Below, piece by piece: positions 36,772 through 53,010 of a DNA stretch of 64,000 nt. Origin of the DNA: the human T2T-CHM13v2.0 reference genome, Homo sapiens; the NCBI RefSeq assembly GCF_009914755.1, contig NC_060939.1; one strand, written 5' to 3'. Position numbers and translations under genes: made by a program. Positions within the stretch are counted from its first letter, which is position 1. Every line of letters begins with the position of its first letter. The notes under the pieces are model-generated. The model made no database searches and had not been told where the DNA came from. It saw only the letters and a program-made list of their open reading frames with translations.

Positions 36772-37358
36772 TGTTTGAAATGCTTGTTCCCTGGTGCCAC
36801 AAAGAAATAGCACTTGAACATAAATTTAATTTACTCAGCAAGGCCATTTTTATACTTTCTGCAGAAAGGGTATACTCGCCAGCAGTTCTGCCACGAGAGT
36901 ACACCGAACAAAAGAGACAGGGTCATTTATAATCTCACGCGTCCACCCTACTGCTGTGTCCAGTTTCCACTGGCTGGAACGGGACCTGACATTCTGTATT
37001 TGTCCCGACTGGCTAGCAACTCAGAACTTTTTTAAAGAGGCAAAGGCAGAGGAGAATCAAGGAAGCAGGAAGTTAACTTGTGGAATGCTGAGAAAGGTAA
37101 AAATACCTTTAAATAAGGAAGAGGAACAGGCTACGACCTAATGCTTGCTTGAACCAGTATAAGCATGCCAGGGCAAATATTTAGGCTAAATTGTGGGAGC
37201 TAAGAACATAAAGTACATTGATTTCTTTATCACAGCTAGCAGATTTTTAAGAATGTTAGCACAGGTCTTTAAATAAATTTTGCTTCTAAGAGAAGTTACT
37301 ATTTATTCCTAGTTAAATAGGGAGGAAAATCTTTGAAGAGGAACCTTTATTTTTTACA
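36772..37358 (-). mobile_element. LTR10C-like solo LTR (HERV-I group)
   Basis: Minus strand begins TGTAAAAAATAAAGGTTCCTCTTCAAAG; TSD agta (36768-36771, 37359-37362). Confidence 0.8.
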
Positions 37359-37580
37359 AGTAGAATAAATTAATTATATTTTTTAAACTAAATTTAGTCC
37401 ACTACTAAAGGGTATCATCCCTTAAGTCCATATGCCAACATATTTTCCAACAGTTACATCTTCTGCAACTTTTAATAAGTTTCTATTTCATTTAATATGT
37501 GGATAAGGGTACTACTGAAATGTGACTAAATTCAGTAGTTTCTAATGTAAATTCTAAATTAAAACTTAAACTCACAAAAC

Positions 37581-38949
37581 TGAAACCATCTTTGCAAAAT
37601 TATGACAGTAAGAGAAATTTGACACAGTTAAGTCCATTTCGCTTCTAACCTCCATCATCGATCATTCCGGGGTGTAGACTGTAAACCAAAAATAGCTGAG
37701 TTAGGTCTCAATCAATTTAGAAAGTTTATTTTGCCAAGGTTAAGGACATGCCTGTGATACAGACTCAGGAGGTCCTGATGACATGTACCCAAGGTGGTCA
37801 GGGACAGCTTGATTTTATACATTTTAGGGAGACATGGGATATCAATCAATACTTGTAAAATGTCCATTGATTCAGTCCAGAAAGGCTGGACAACTTGAAG
37901 CAGAAGCTTTCAGGTCATAGATACATTGAAAGGTTTTCAGATTGGCAATTGGTTGAAAGAATTATTATCTAAAGAAAGAAATGTCTGTGTTACAATAAAG
38001 GGTTATGGAGACCAAGGTTTTATCATGCAGATGAGGCCTCCAGGTAACAGGCTTCAGAGAACAGATTGTAAATGTTTCTTATCAGACTTAAAGAGTCTTG
38101 TTCTATCAGTAATTCCAAAAGAGAGGAGGGTATTATGAGGCATATCTGGCTCCCCCTTTCCATCATGGCCGGAACTAGTTTATCAGGTTAACTTTGGAAT
38201 GCTTGCTGAGAGGAGGGGGCCATTCAGATGGTTAGAGAGCTTAGAATTTTATTTTTAGTTTACAAGACCAAGCTGATTTTCAGAGAAATTTATAGTTTGA
38301 CCTTAAAGCAAGGATGATAATAACCTTTCCCAAAACTAAACCACCTTCATAAAACTAATGAAAGGCCACAAGGTTAGGATTATGAGAGGGGCCTGAATTC
38401 TGCTAAGGTGTAGGCATAGTTTCTATCATCCCTTACTGCTCAGGAGTCATATGGCTAGAGGTCACAAGACAAGTATAGCTTCTTCTATCATTCCTTACTG
38501 TTCAGGAGTCATGTGGCCAAGGGTCACAATATTTGTCACTTCCTCAATTACTCTTATAGAGAAAATCATTATAATAGAATCTAAGATTGGTTTTTTTGTG
38601 TTATCTTTCAGAATGACCCCACCTGGACTCCTGCCTCAAGACTTAACATCCTGTGGCCCTATGCAGAGGCAGACTCATCACACCAGGACTGTTTTTCACA
38701 CTCCAATCATTTTTTTTTCCCTGACCAATCAACATTCCCCATTCCCTAGTCCCCCACCCATCAAACTATCCTTGAAAACCCTAAACTCCAAGCCTTTGGG
38801 GAAATACATCAATTTGAATAATAACTCTGTCTCATGCATGGCATGGCCAGCCTCCTGTCAATTAAACTCTTCCTTTACTGCAATGTAGTGGTCTCTGTTA
38901 ATTGATTTTGTCTGCGCAGCAGGCAGGGAAAACCTGTCAGGAGATTACA
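37581..38949 (+). mobile_element. LTR8-family solo LTR interrupted by a MER4 LTR
   Basis: TGAAACCATCTTTGCAAAATTATGAC start, GATTACA end. Confidence 0.8.
37680..38264 (-). mobile_element. MER4B-like solo LTR
   Basis: TGTAAAC...GTTTACA; TSD agac (37676-37679, 38265-38268); reverse-complement similarity to 6501-7141. Confidence 0.8.
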
Positions 38950-40396
38950 AAATGTTTACTGTATACCTATGAGATTTCAGAACTTCAACTGAATTATCAC
39001 AAAAATCCGTAAGATAGTTATTAATAACATAAAACAATTTTCAAAAAATTAAACAGTACAACAAGATTACATGCAAGGTGAATGGCAGAGTCAGGATGTG
39101 AATATAAGTCCCCAGATTCTGAAGTCCAGTGCTATTTTCACTGCCCCATAATATCACTCCCTGGAAAAATTAACTCTAAATGTTGAGTGGATGTGAATGA
39201 GAATCAAGTGTTAGAACTTGTCAAAACACACATGTCCAAGTCCCCAGCCCCACCCAACCTCACTAAAGCACTTATTTTAGAGAAGTGTGACACTACCACC
39301 TGCTACTTCTCCCTTCAACCCCAGAATCAGTGCTTTAGGATAAAATTTAACTGAAAATTCTCTCCTTGCTGTAGCTTCCTTATTCAGCTCCCTGATAGCA
39401 GGTTCTCCCCAGTTCTAGTGTATCCTCCATCTTTCTACAAACCAAAATCTGATGTTACTCCCTTAGTGAAAACCCCAAATGACTACTCAGTGCTTAACCA
39501 GTTAAAGACTAATTACTTTTAACCAACAACTGCCTCTTTACAATCAGGAATTAAAGTGTTTTCCAGGTAATTTTCTTCTACCCTCTCCCACCTACGTAAC
39601 AGACACTTAAGAAAATCTTACAAGTTCTTAAAACCACCAAGTCATTCCAAGCCTTCAAACCACTGCTTCTATCCTCTTCTCCTTCACTTACTAAAGTCCT
39701 TCCTCTTCATATCTTCAAACTTTACAAAAAAAAAAAAAAAACCTTACAGGGCTTTTCAGAACTTGAAAACTAGTGCTTTCTAATTCTCTAACAGGATACC
39801 TCTCACTTTGACCTACAATTATTTAGGATTGTCACTCCCCTAACAGATAATGCACTCACTCCTCACTGTGAGGAATGGATTCCACCTTATTTTAATTCTC
39901 TGCCATACAACCTAGACCATCATAGTGTTTGTTAAATTAACTAATTAATTACTACTAGTTTCTACATTTAAATATTTTTGGCTACCAAAATGGTAACTCA
40001 TAGTTATATTAAGGTCAGTTTTTTATAAGCCCTAAGCATTTAGTGGTTGCATACTATTTCTTACTTCAGTGGATTTATAAATAAGATATTTTACCATCAG
40101 GTTTGGGGGTGTCCCAATTCCAAACTCAAAGCAAAAAGGGCACAAATAATTTCTTTTTTAAAAAAGAAGTTGACTTTTTTAAAGCGTCATCTCTGGGCTT
40201 ACTTTTTAAGATACGTTTCAGAACTAGGTCATACTTGCACATTTAATTTTCAGACAAGTTAACTTCAAATCAGTCAATGACATGGAGTTGTTCAACAAAA
40301 TTATAAACTCTGTAGCTTAGCAGAGACACCCTCTTCTGCCTATCTCTTTCCTCAGTTCAGTTCTGATACTTAAGGCTTTAACAAAAAGTAGCTATT

Positions 40397-41335
40397 GGCC
40401 AGGCACAGTGGCTCACGTCTGTAATCACAGCATTTTGGGAAGCTGAGGTAGAAGGATCAGTTGAGCCCAGGAGTTTGAGACCAGCCTGGGAAATATGGCA
40501 AAACCCTGTCTCTCCAAAAATTAAAAAATTAGCCAGGCATGGTGGCTTGCACTTGTAGTCCCAGCTACTCAGGAGGCTAAGGTGGGAGGATCACTTGAGC
40601 CCAGGAGGTCAAGGCTGCCGTGAGCTATGATCGTGCCACTGCACTCTAGCCTGGGTGATAGAGCAAGACTCTGCCTCTAAAAAAAAAAAAATAGAAAAAG
40701 AAAAAGAAAAATATTGATCCTTTCTGCCAGTATCCAAAGGAGGCAATGATCTACAAAACCCCTGGAAGAAAATTATGATCTCCATGGGTAGTAGTGGAGA
40801 TCAGTTATTAAGGGACTAGGCTTTGAAAGCAAAGAAAAATATAGAATTTGAGGAAAAGACAGAAGATGGAAAATGATAGGACAATAAAATGCCAAAAAAT
40901 AATGGCAAACACTTAACAAGGATAGCTGCAAGCAAAACTAAAATTGCAGAGAACCCAGAAAGGAGTCAGAGAAATTCTCTAAGCAGGTTTCAGGAGCCAT
41001 TCCTAAATCAGACTCAAGGTACTCTAAAACATGGCCAGGTGCAGTGGCTACCATCCATAATCCCAGCATTTTGGGAGGATCACTTGAGGCTAGGAGTTTG
41101 AGACCAGCCTGAGCCTGCGCAACAGTGTGAGACTCCATCTTTACAGAAAAAAATATTTTTAATTAGCCAGATGTGGTGGTATATGCCTGTAGTCCTAGCT
41201 ACTGGGGAGGCTGAGGCAGGAGGATCCCTTGAGCCACAGGAGGTCAAGGCTACAGTGAGCTGTGATCATGCCACTGCACTTCAGCCTGGGTGACAGTGAG
41301 ACCTAGTCTCTTAAGAAAAAAAGAAGAAGAAAGAA
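40397..41335 (+). mobile_element. Two AluJ (40397-40710, 41033-41335)
   Basis: ttgagcccaggaggtcaaggctg J-type text. Confidence 0.88.
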
Positions 41336-41888
41336 ACTGGGGTATGGGGAAATATTCTCTCCACTAATGCATTTGTTAATATTTTTCTGTAATAAAAAGT
41401 TAATGAAGTCTGTTTCAAAGGGGAAGAGTTTAAAATTTTTCTGAAGAATAGGTTTACTCTAAAGAACAAAATCTCTCCTCTGACAAGAAGGCCAAGAACT
41501 GACCTCTCCCCTTGCTCTCTCTTCTATAGACGCCTGAGATCCTTAACTCCTGGAAGGCACTATGCTCCTTTGTATTTCAGGAACTTTGCACAGGCAGTTC
41601 TCTTTATTTAGAGCCTGCCTTCTCCATTCCATCCTCTTTCACCCAGTTAATGTTTAGTCACAAGATATCAGTTTAAACAGTACAGTACCAGAGATATTAA
41701 TTAGGTACTCAGTAACAGTATCACTAGCTGAATTAAATGTCACTTCCTCTGGGAAGGTATCCCTGACTATACCCATGTGAGATTAGGTCTCTCCCAAAAT
41801 GTTCACACAGCATCCAGTACTTTACCTTCATAGCACCTTGCATGGTTTCCAATTATATATAATTTGTGCGATTTGTTTAATGTCCATT

Positions 41889-42708
41889 TGTGGCATAAGA
41901 AATACATACTTGGTGTTCGTAATTTCCTTTGTGATAGGGGAATAGGAGCATCTTTTGTTATTCGTAACAAGCCCCTTTCAACCATACCTGAGTTTATGCT
42001 AATGAGGTGACTCTTAGTGGGCCCTTAGATAGCTTCAGGATGAAGGCTGGTTGCCAGAGAAACCAACCAAGTGATAAAAGTGTTGGAACTTTCAGTTCCA
42101 CCACCAGACCTCAAGGGAGAGGAAAAGGGGTGGAGATAGAGTTAATCACCAATGGTCAACGATTTAATCAACCAAGCCTACGTAATGCAGCTTCCATAAA
42201 AACCCCTAGACAGGGTTCAGAAAGCTTTCAGGTTGGTGAACACATCAAGATGCTGGGAGGGTGGCATGTCAGGAAAAGGCATAGAAACTCCATGCCCCTA
42301 CCCCCTGTATCTTGCCCTATGCATCTCTCCCATTTGGTTATTCCTGAGTTGTATCATTTATAATAAACCAGTCATTGTAAATAGGATATTTCCCGTGTTC
42401 TGTGAGCCATTCTAGCAAATTACTCAAAGGTGAGGGGGTAGTTTTAGGAACTCCCCCGTTTGTAGGCAATTCAGAAGTGTGGGACTCAATACATGCAACT
42501 GGCATCTGAAGTATGAGTAGTCTTGTGGGACTGAGCCCTTAAACCTGTGTAGTCTGATGCTAACTCTGGATAGTGTCAGAATGGAAATGAACTGCAGGGA
42601 CAGCCCGTTGGTATCTGGAAAGTTGAAGAACTGATTGGTGTACGCAAAAAACTCACACACTTGTTGTCAGAAGTGCTGTGAGTAAAAACAGCAAAGACAA
42701 TCTTTCAC
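41889..42708 (+). mobile_element. MER21-family LTR inserted in an L2 fragment (~41560-42830)
   Basis: gagtttatgctaatgaggtgactc, gatagcttcaggatg, gagttctgtgagcc-like, gtgggactgagcccttaaacctgtg. Confidence 0.75.
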
Positions 42709-43999
42709 ATTAGTCTATAAAGACTATCAGAGCAGAGGCAGTATCGATTTTGCTTATATCCCTAGTGTTTATTAGCATAGGTAAAGCACATAGAGGGAGC
42801 TCAATAAATATTTCCTGAATTAAGCTAAGCAATCTGAATCCAGGTAGTCCATTATGCATATTGAATATAATTTAATCTCACATATTATCTTACTCTGAAC
42901 TGACCTAATGTGAGCAAGTGCAAGTGTGGTGGTACCACAGTGGATATATCCTAGGGATTCTATCTGCAGTCCACTTCAGTCTCCTCCTCTTCATGTACAT
43001 ACATTTTTGGATCCCAGCAACTCCCAAGGCTTTTACCTATCTCATATGCTAATGAATCCAGTCAAAACTTCTCCTGAGCTCCAGACCTGGACATCCACTG
43101 CCAGCATGATATACCCACTCAGATGTACCAAAGGAATCTCTAACACATCATGTTTAAAACTGAACTCTCGACGTCTACCAACCCATGTCTCCCCCAATAC
43201 ACAGTACTTAGAGAATCATAAGAGAAAGTGTCAATAAAGACTTCTCAAGGGCATTTCTGAAAGTGCAGGAGGAAGAGCCCATTTGCAAAGTTCTATAACT
43301 GAAACTTAAATGTACACTGTGGTCCAGGTCTCCCCACTCCTGCCACATGTACTTCTAGAAGGCTTCATTCAGCTGAATGATTGATGTTGGTACTCTTATT
43401 CATTAAACCACACAAATTATCAATGGTTAGCTGTGCAAAATTGAACTCCTGCTAAAAAAGAAAAAACTTTTTCGTTGTTATTATTGCTATTTAAGAAAGT
43501 ACACTTAGAAAAGGAAAAGATTTGCTGAGTTTGCTGGCAAATTGTTTTTGCTACATCAATAATGAGAACTAGTCAAATAAACCTGGAAACAGACGTGCCT
43601 ATTCGGTGAGTAAAGAACTACAGACAAAATCAAATCAAACTAATGGGTTTTCACTTGCATTCTAGAACCACCAGTTCACAATCCTGATCAACCAGCTAAA
43701 TATTGGCAAAGGAAAAACTGCAGTTTTGTTTTGTTTATTAATTTAAGGTAAAAATTTATAACACTAAAAGCCAATTGTTTTTTTTCCACTCCTGGTACAA
43801 TGCACAAATCCAAACTGACATACATACATAAATTACCAAAGATTCACCAATGAAAAGAAAGGTTAGAAAACTACCAAGGAACTGGAAAAAAACCAATCAG
43901 CACTACAACTATCTTTCTAAAACTGAAATAAACGAGTTACTGCAAGTAAGTTTAAGTTCCTATAAGTGAGTTTATCAAATTCTGAAGCTTTTAGCATTC

Positions 44000-44766
<767 letters not shown>

Positions 44767-44959
44767 CATACTAACTTTTTAGAAATTAAAACCTCAGAAG
44801 GTTTTAATGAACCAATTGCCAATTCAGTTCCTTCTTAAAAGTCTTGTTGCTATGATAAAATACATTCCTCCTAACCACTCTTTCAAGATTATTAAATGAT
44901 CTCAATTGGGTAACAAAAGAAGCAAAACACTTTTCACAGTCTCAGAAACTTGCAAGGCA

Positions 44960-46830
<1,871 letters not shown>

Positions 46831-46842
46831 AAACAAACAAAA

Positions 46843-48222
46843 GGTCAGACACTATGGCTGAGGCCTACAATCCCAGCACTTTTGGAGGCTGAGGCAGGAG
46901 GACTGCTTGAGGTCAGTAGTTCAAGACCACCCTGGGCAATACAGGGAGACCCCATTTCTACAAAAAATAAGTTAGCCATGTATAGTGGTACGCTTCTGTG
47001 GTCCTAGCTACTTGGGAAGCTGAGGCAGGAGGATTGCCTGAGCCTGGGAGGTCAAAGCTGCAGCAAGCCATGATCATGCCACTGCACTACAGCCTGGGAA
47101 ACAGAGCAAGACCCTATCTCAAAACAAAAAAAAAAAACAAACAAAACCCAATTACTTGCAGGCCCTGCCTCTTGTCCACCCAATGCTGGTATTCCCAAAA
47201 GTTCTAGAACCTCCTTTTTCTTCTCAGTATATATTTTTTCTTAACATCAACCACTTCCTGTTCATTGCTAAAGCTTAACTCATCATCACTACAGATACCT
47301 CCCAAATCACCTCTGATGAGCATTTCTGCAGAACACAAGTGGTTTTTTTTTTTTCTCTTTGAGATAGGGTCTTGCTCTGTTGCCCAGGCTAGAGTGCAGT
47401 GGCTATTCACAGGTGCAGTCATAGCTCAGTGCACCCTCAAGCTCCTAGGCTGAAGCAATCTTCCCACCTCACCTACATAATCTTTACCTGTCAAAATCCA
47501 CACTTTTCCTTCAAAGGCCTATCTCAAAGGTGACCTCTTCCATGAAGCTTTTCATGTTGTAATCACCCTACGCTCACCAACACAGATTTAATCACTTCCT
47601 CCTCTAACTCTCTTACTTTTGCTTACACACATGTACATTTATCATACTCTGCCTGGTTTGTTATTATTTGCGTACCTGTCTTCATCACTACTGCTCCATC
47701 CACCCCACAACCAGACTCATGCTTTGCAAGGCTGGTACTCTGCCCTACTCTTTTGTCCCTTTCAGCCACTGGCACCCTAGCTTTCTCACTGCAAGGGCTC
47801 AGAACATTGTAGAAGAGGAATTAATTCTGGTCTAACAAGTCTACGGAGAAATAACAAAATTAGTTACAGTGGGGGCTATAAGGATAAATCAGATAATAGA
47901 TTGCATTCTGCCTTTGTTGTTGTAAGTTGGAACTCTGCCCAGAGAGAGATTGCCCCCACCCACTCCGAGACAGTCTTGCTCTGTCATCCAGGCTGGAGTG
48001 CAGTGGTGTGATCTCAGCTCACTCTTCAATTCTCCTGCCTCAGCCTCCCAAACAGCTGGGATTACAGGCATGCGCCACCGCGCCCGGCTAAGTTTTATAT
48101 TTTTAGTAGAGACAGGGTTTCACCATGTTGGCCAGACTGGTCTTGAATTCCTGACCTGGTGATCCACCCACCTCGGCCTCCCAAAGTGCTGGGATTACAG
48201 GCATGAGCCACCACACCCGGCC
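46843..48222. mobile_element. AluJ 46843-47146(+), partial Alu 47343-47472(-), L2 piece, deleted AluS 47967-48222(-)
   Basis: Alu text. Confidence 0.8.
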
Positions 48223-48324
48223 TGAGTGATTTTTTTAAGGCTCAAAATCCACTAAACCAAATCTTCCTCCAAGAGCATTTTCATTATAACACTACCCTAC
48301 TTTATAAATTTGCAATAATTTAAA

Positions 48325-48795
48325 ATGGGTCCTGGACTAGGCATTCTCTATTTGCCCCCAACCTCCTCAAATCAAGCCTATTCTCTACCCTTCAAGCTCT
48401 GCTTTGCACCCTGTGAGGCTGTCCTCTGGCATTACACTGCCCAAGTTCTCTTCTTACTTCCAGTTGCATTGGGCCATTGAGAGGCACACATAGGAGGAAA
48501 TGGGAGGATGAGAAGTAAAAGAAATTGGGGTTTTCATTTCTCTAGCTCCCTTCCCACCTCACAAAGCCATTTCCTCTAGGGCTACAGGTCCTGACCACTA
48601 GCTTGGCTTCCATTGCTCCAGCTCTCATCAGTTTCCAGTGTTCCTCTTCTTTTCCCCTCAGACTTAAAAGTGTACTAATGGCTTCCCAATAGTGTTAGGC
48701 CTTGGGAACATGACAATACTCTGCTGCTCTCCTTAACCCTACCCAAAACTCTACAACTAGTCCATTTATTTCCTGTCAGGACCCTCACTGATGTA
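48325..48795 (+). mobile_element. LTR33-like ERVL LTR
   Basis: tgggccattgagaggcac...ggaggatgagaag...ctagctccc; end tttcctgtcaggaccctcactgat. Confidence 0.6.
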
Positions 48796-49481
48796 GATAG
48801 CTCCCCAGGCTTAAAATCACTTAGTCTGCTTAAGGTTCACAATCAACTGTCCCCACCAACCTAATAAATTTTACCACACCACACTCCCCAACTGTCTCTG
48901 CTCTAGTCAGGTAGGAATTCCTACCAATTCCTACATCACTCAGTTGAGATATGTTCAATCCTACCTTTGTGCCCCCACTCATGCTGTTGTCCTCTGTAAT
49001 GCCCGCCCCTTCCTTTCCACTTATACTTCCTACAGTTACTAATTCAAATCCTACCTCCCCCGCCCCCTGCCCAAATTAAACCTGCTTGAACAACCTTAAC
49101 CCTCAATTATCTTTCTTATCTTGGAATTTCTGTATCTGTCACAAGGAACTACTTTGAAAATAAATATTAGTTGTTACCCTATATGGTCTCTAATTGTTCA
49201 TCATATATCCCCTAAAGGTAAGTAACATCAGCTATTTTAAGTTTCTTCTTTTGTATTCCTTTATGGAAGTTTAGCATAACATTATAGTAATTCTAGTTGA
49301 CAAAAAAAAAAAAAATACATCACTACAATGTCCTAGTACAAAAAGTTTGTGACAAGCAGCTATAAGCAAATTTATTATGTTTTTAATGATTTTGTTTTCA
49401 ATGTAATGATTCTGAATAACGGCTGCTATCAAACTTGGGTGGTTTCTTTTTTAGAACATCAACGTACTTTTTCTTTCCTCA

Positions 49482-49809
<328 letters not shown>

Positions 49810-51014
49810 TAAAGTAAGTTATCCACTTGTCAAGTTCAACAGTCTGTTACGGTAATAGATACAATTAATCCAGAAATGCAAACAGAAATGTCAGCACACA
49901 CAAATACCTTAATTTGCAGCTGACCAGTGGCCACAAAGCAGACACTAGATGTCAACAGAAGTATACTTTCTAGAGGAATGAAGATCCTGAGGGTCCTTAT
50001 CATATTGTCTGTAGAAAAAAATCACCTCCCATGTCTTTAGAACCATCAATCTGTTAGCAACTATAAAGGAAAGCCTACATCATGACAATCAACATTTTTA
50101 GTAAATTTATCCTCACAGAACTCCCAATGTTATATCCAATTGATACTTCAAGAACTCATTCTTATGGCCTCCCTAAAATAAAAAATGAAGAAATAGCAAA
50201 AATATCAGAAGTAAGTACTCTGGCTAGCTCCTCAAATAGTCACAGAATACTTACATATGAGTATGATTTTAAGGAGAAAAAAATAAAATTCAAAAGATTA
50301 TCTGAAAGAGTTAATGGTATCAAAAGAAATAGGGATGGAGGGGGAAGACACAATAGTATCAACCACTGACTGGCTTCAAAGTTACCTTTAACCTCTTCAT
50401 CAAAAAATAAACAAAAATAAAGGCATGAACCCCTAGTATATTCTAATGAACCAAGGGTCAGTCCTATTTGTACATTTTTCTAAATCTGTAATTATGTGTT
50501 AATTTTAATAAAGGTATTCTGACTTACCACTACAAACAACCTAACAAGAATGTGCAAGATTTATCCATAGTAAATTCCACTGCATACAAAGCAGTGCTCC
50601 TAAAAGACTCAGAACCTCAAAGCATATAAAGATACATAAGCAATTACAGTACAATATGATAATGTTCCCATAACAAGGCTACACATCAGGAGCTGTGGAT
50701 AACACTAAGATAATGAAGAGAAAGAATGGCCAGGACACAACAGACCAATCCTGGGCCACTGCAAAAGTTGAGTTGAGAAATATGGGCCTAAAATAAAAGA
50801 GGAACAATATATTGAACTTGTACGGAGTTGAATTTTAAGGACATTTAGAAGGTATACTCAGCAGGACTAGGCTCAGTCAACATTTTCTTAGTGTAGTTTT
50901 AATCAAGAAACAAAGTACTGTTTAAACTAAGAAATATCCTATTCATTGCAGCCTTGTTTAGAATAGCAAAAAAAAAAAAAAAAGTAATAAAAGCAATGAA
51001 AAGGGGAAATGACG

Positions 51015-52640
51015 TTTTTTGTTTTCTGCTTTTTTAAAATAGAGATAAGGTCTCACTATGTTGCCCAGACTAGTCTCGAACCCCTGGGTTTAAGCAATCC
51101 TGCCTCAGCCTCCCAAAGTGCTGTGATTACAGGTGTGAGCCACTGCACCCAGCCAGGAAACAATCTAAAGTCCACAAATAATAAACTGGTTAAATAAATT
51201 ATACACATATACTAGAATTCAAGGCAGTCATTAAAATGAATGAGGAAGATCTACAATTATTTGGAATGTATTAAGTTGAAAATGATTACTATGATATACT
51301 AAGTTAAAAATACATTAAGATGCAGACCAAGCACCCACATCAAAGTATACATACAAAAGAATTAAAAGCAGAGACTCAAACAGATATTTGTACACCAATG
51401 TTAATAGGAGCATTATTCATAATAATCAAAAGGCAGAAATAGACCAATTGTCCATCAACAGATGAATGGATAAACAAAATGTGGTGTATATACATACACT
51501 GAAATAGTACTCAGCCATAAAAAGAAATGAAATTTTGATATATACTATGAGGAGATCTTTAAACTATTATGTTTCATGAAATAAGCCATTTGTGTAAAAA
51601 TAAAAAAAAAGAGGGGCTATATATATGAATGCATTACTAGAGTGGTTGAAAATCTCTGGAAGACACATAAGAAACCAATGACAGTTAACTCTGGGAAAAA
51701 CTAGGAAAATGAAGATACAGTATGAATGAATGAAAGGGAGATATATCTTTTGCTATAACCTTTTTTATACTATGTAAGTTTCTTAACATTTGCATATATT
51801 GCTTCTTTTTTTTAATTTAAAAAAAGGGCAAAGATAGTTTTCTATGGATGCTAAAACCAATGGGAAAGCGTTGTAGGAGAGACAACTTTCACGTGATCTC
51901 AAAATACCACCACCTAATTGTTTATTAATTACAAAGGGGAAAAAAGTGTACATTTGCAAAGAAATAATCTGGTGATAGTCACCACCTTAAGCAATCAAAT
52001 TTAGCATTACCTATAAAGAAGGAAAATGGCACTGAGTGCCTCCTGAGGTGATTTAAGGAGTACATAACATCACCTACATAGTGTTAATGCAGCAAATGTT
52101 TAACTTGAATATGTGATATTAAAGAACCAAGAGGCAAATTCACATTGTAGGACATTGTATAAGACAACTGGCCTAGATTATTCAATAAAGTTAATGTCAT
52201 TTGGGAAAAAAAAAGGCTGGGGTTTACTCTAGATTTAAAGAAACATAAACACCAAAAGCAATATATGAATGTGATTGGATCCTGGACCCGAAAAAAACAA
52301 AAAGCAACTATAAAAGATATGTGGGAAACAAGAAAGATTTAAACACAAATGTTGCATATTAGGTGACAATGAATTAATGTTATTTTCCATCGGTGTGATA
52401 AAAGTATTGTGGTTAAGTTGGAGAATGTCCTTCTTCTTAGAAGATACATGCCAATGTACTGGGAGAGGACAGGGAGGATCATGATGACTACAAATTAGTC
52501 TCACTTAAAGCAAAATGTATGCATGTTTAGAGGGGAGGAAAAAAGCAGTTGCACCAAAATGTTGCAATTTGTGAATCTAGGTGAAAAGCGCTATTCTTCA
52601 TTTTTTCTATAAATCTGAGAAATTTTCAAAATCAGAATTT
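51015..52640. mobile_element. Alu monomer 51015-51155(-) and L1M 3' fragments(+)
   Basis: gtccatcaacagatgaatggataaacaaaatgtgg; gattggatcctggacc. Confidence 0.7.
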
Positions 52641-52705
52641 GGGGAGGAGTATAGAAACAGCTGAATCAGGCACAGCTGAGCCCCGGTAACATAAAAGATG
52701 AAAGG

Positions 52706-53010
52706 GGCCGGGCGCGGTGGCTCACACCTGTAATCCCAGCACTTTCGGCGGCCGAGACGGGCAGATCACGAGGTCGGGAGATCGAGACCATCCTGGCTAA
52801 CATGGTGAAACCCCGTCTCTCCTAAAAATATACAAAATTAGCCGGGTGTGGTGGCAGGTGCCTGTAGTCCCAGCTACTCAGGAGGCTGAGGCAGGAGAAT
52901 GGCGTGAACCCAGAAGGTGGAGCTTGCAGTGAGCCGAGATCGCGCCACTGTACTCCAGCCTGGGCGACTCAGTGAGACTCCGTCTCCAAAAAAAAAAAAA
53001 AAAAAACAGA
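52706..53010 (+). mobile_element. AluY
   Basis: gagaatggcgtgaaccc, ggagcttgcagtgagccgagatcgcg. Confidence 0.9.

Noticed and set aside
48910-48934. 16-bp palindrome GGTAGGAATTCCTACC with a similar core at ~53492
   Set aside because: Isolated, adjoins a local aattcctac duplication, and has no supporting context; likely a replication or repair scar
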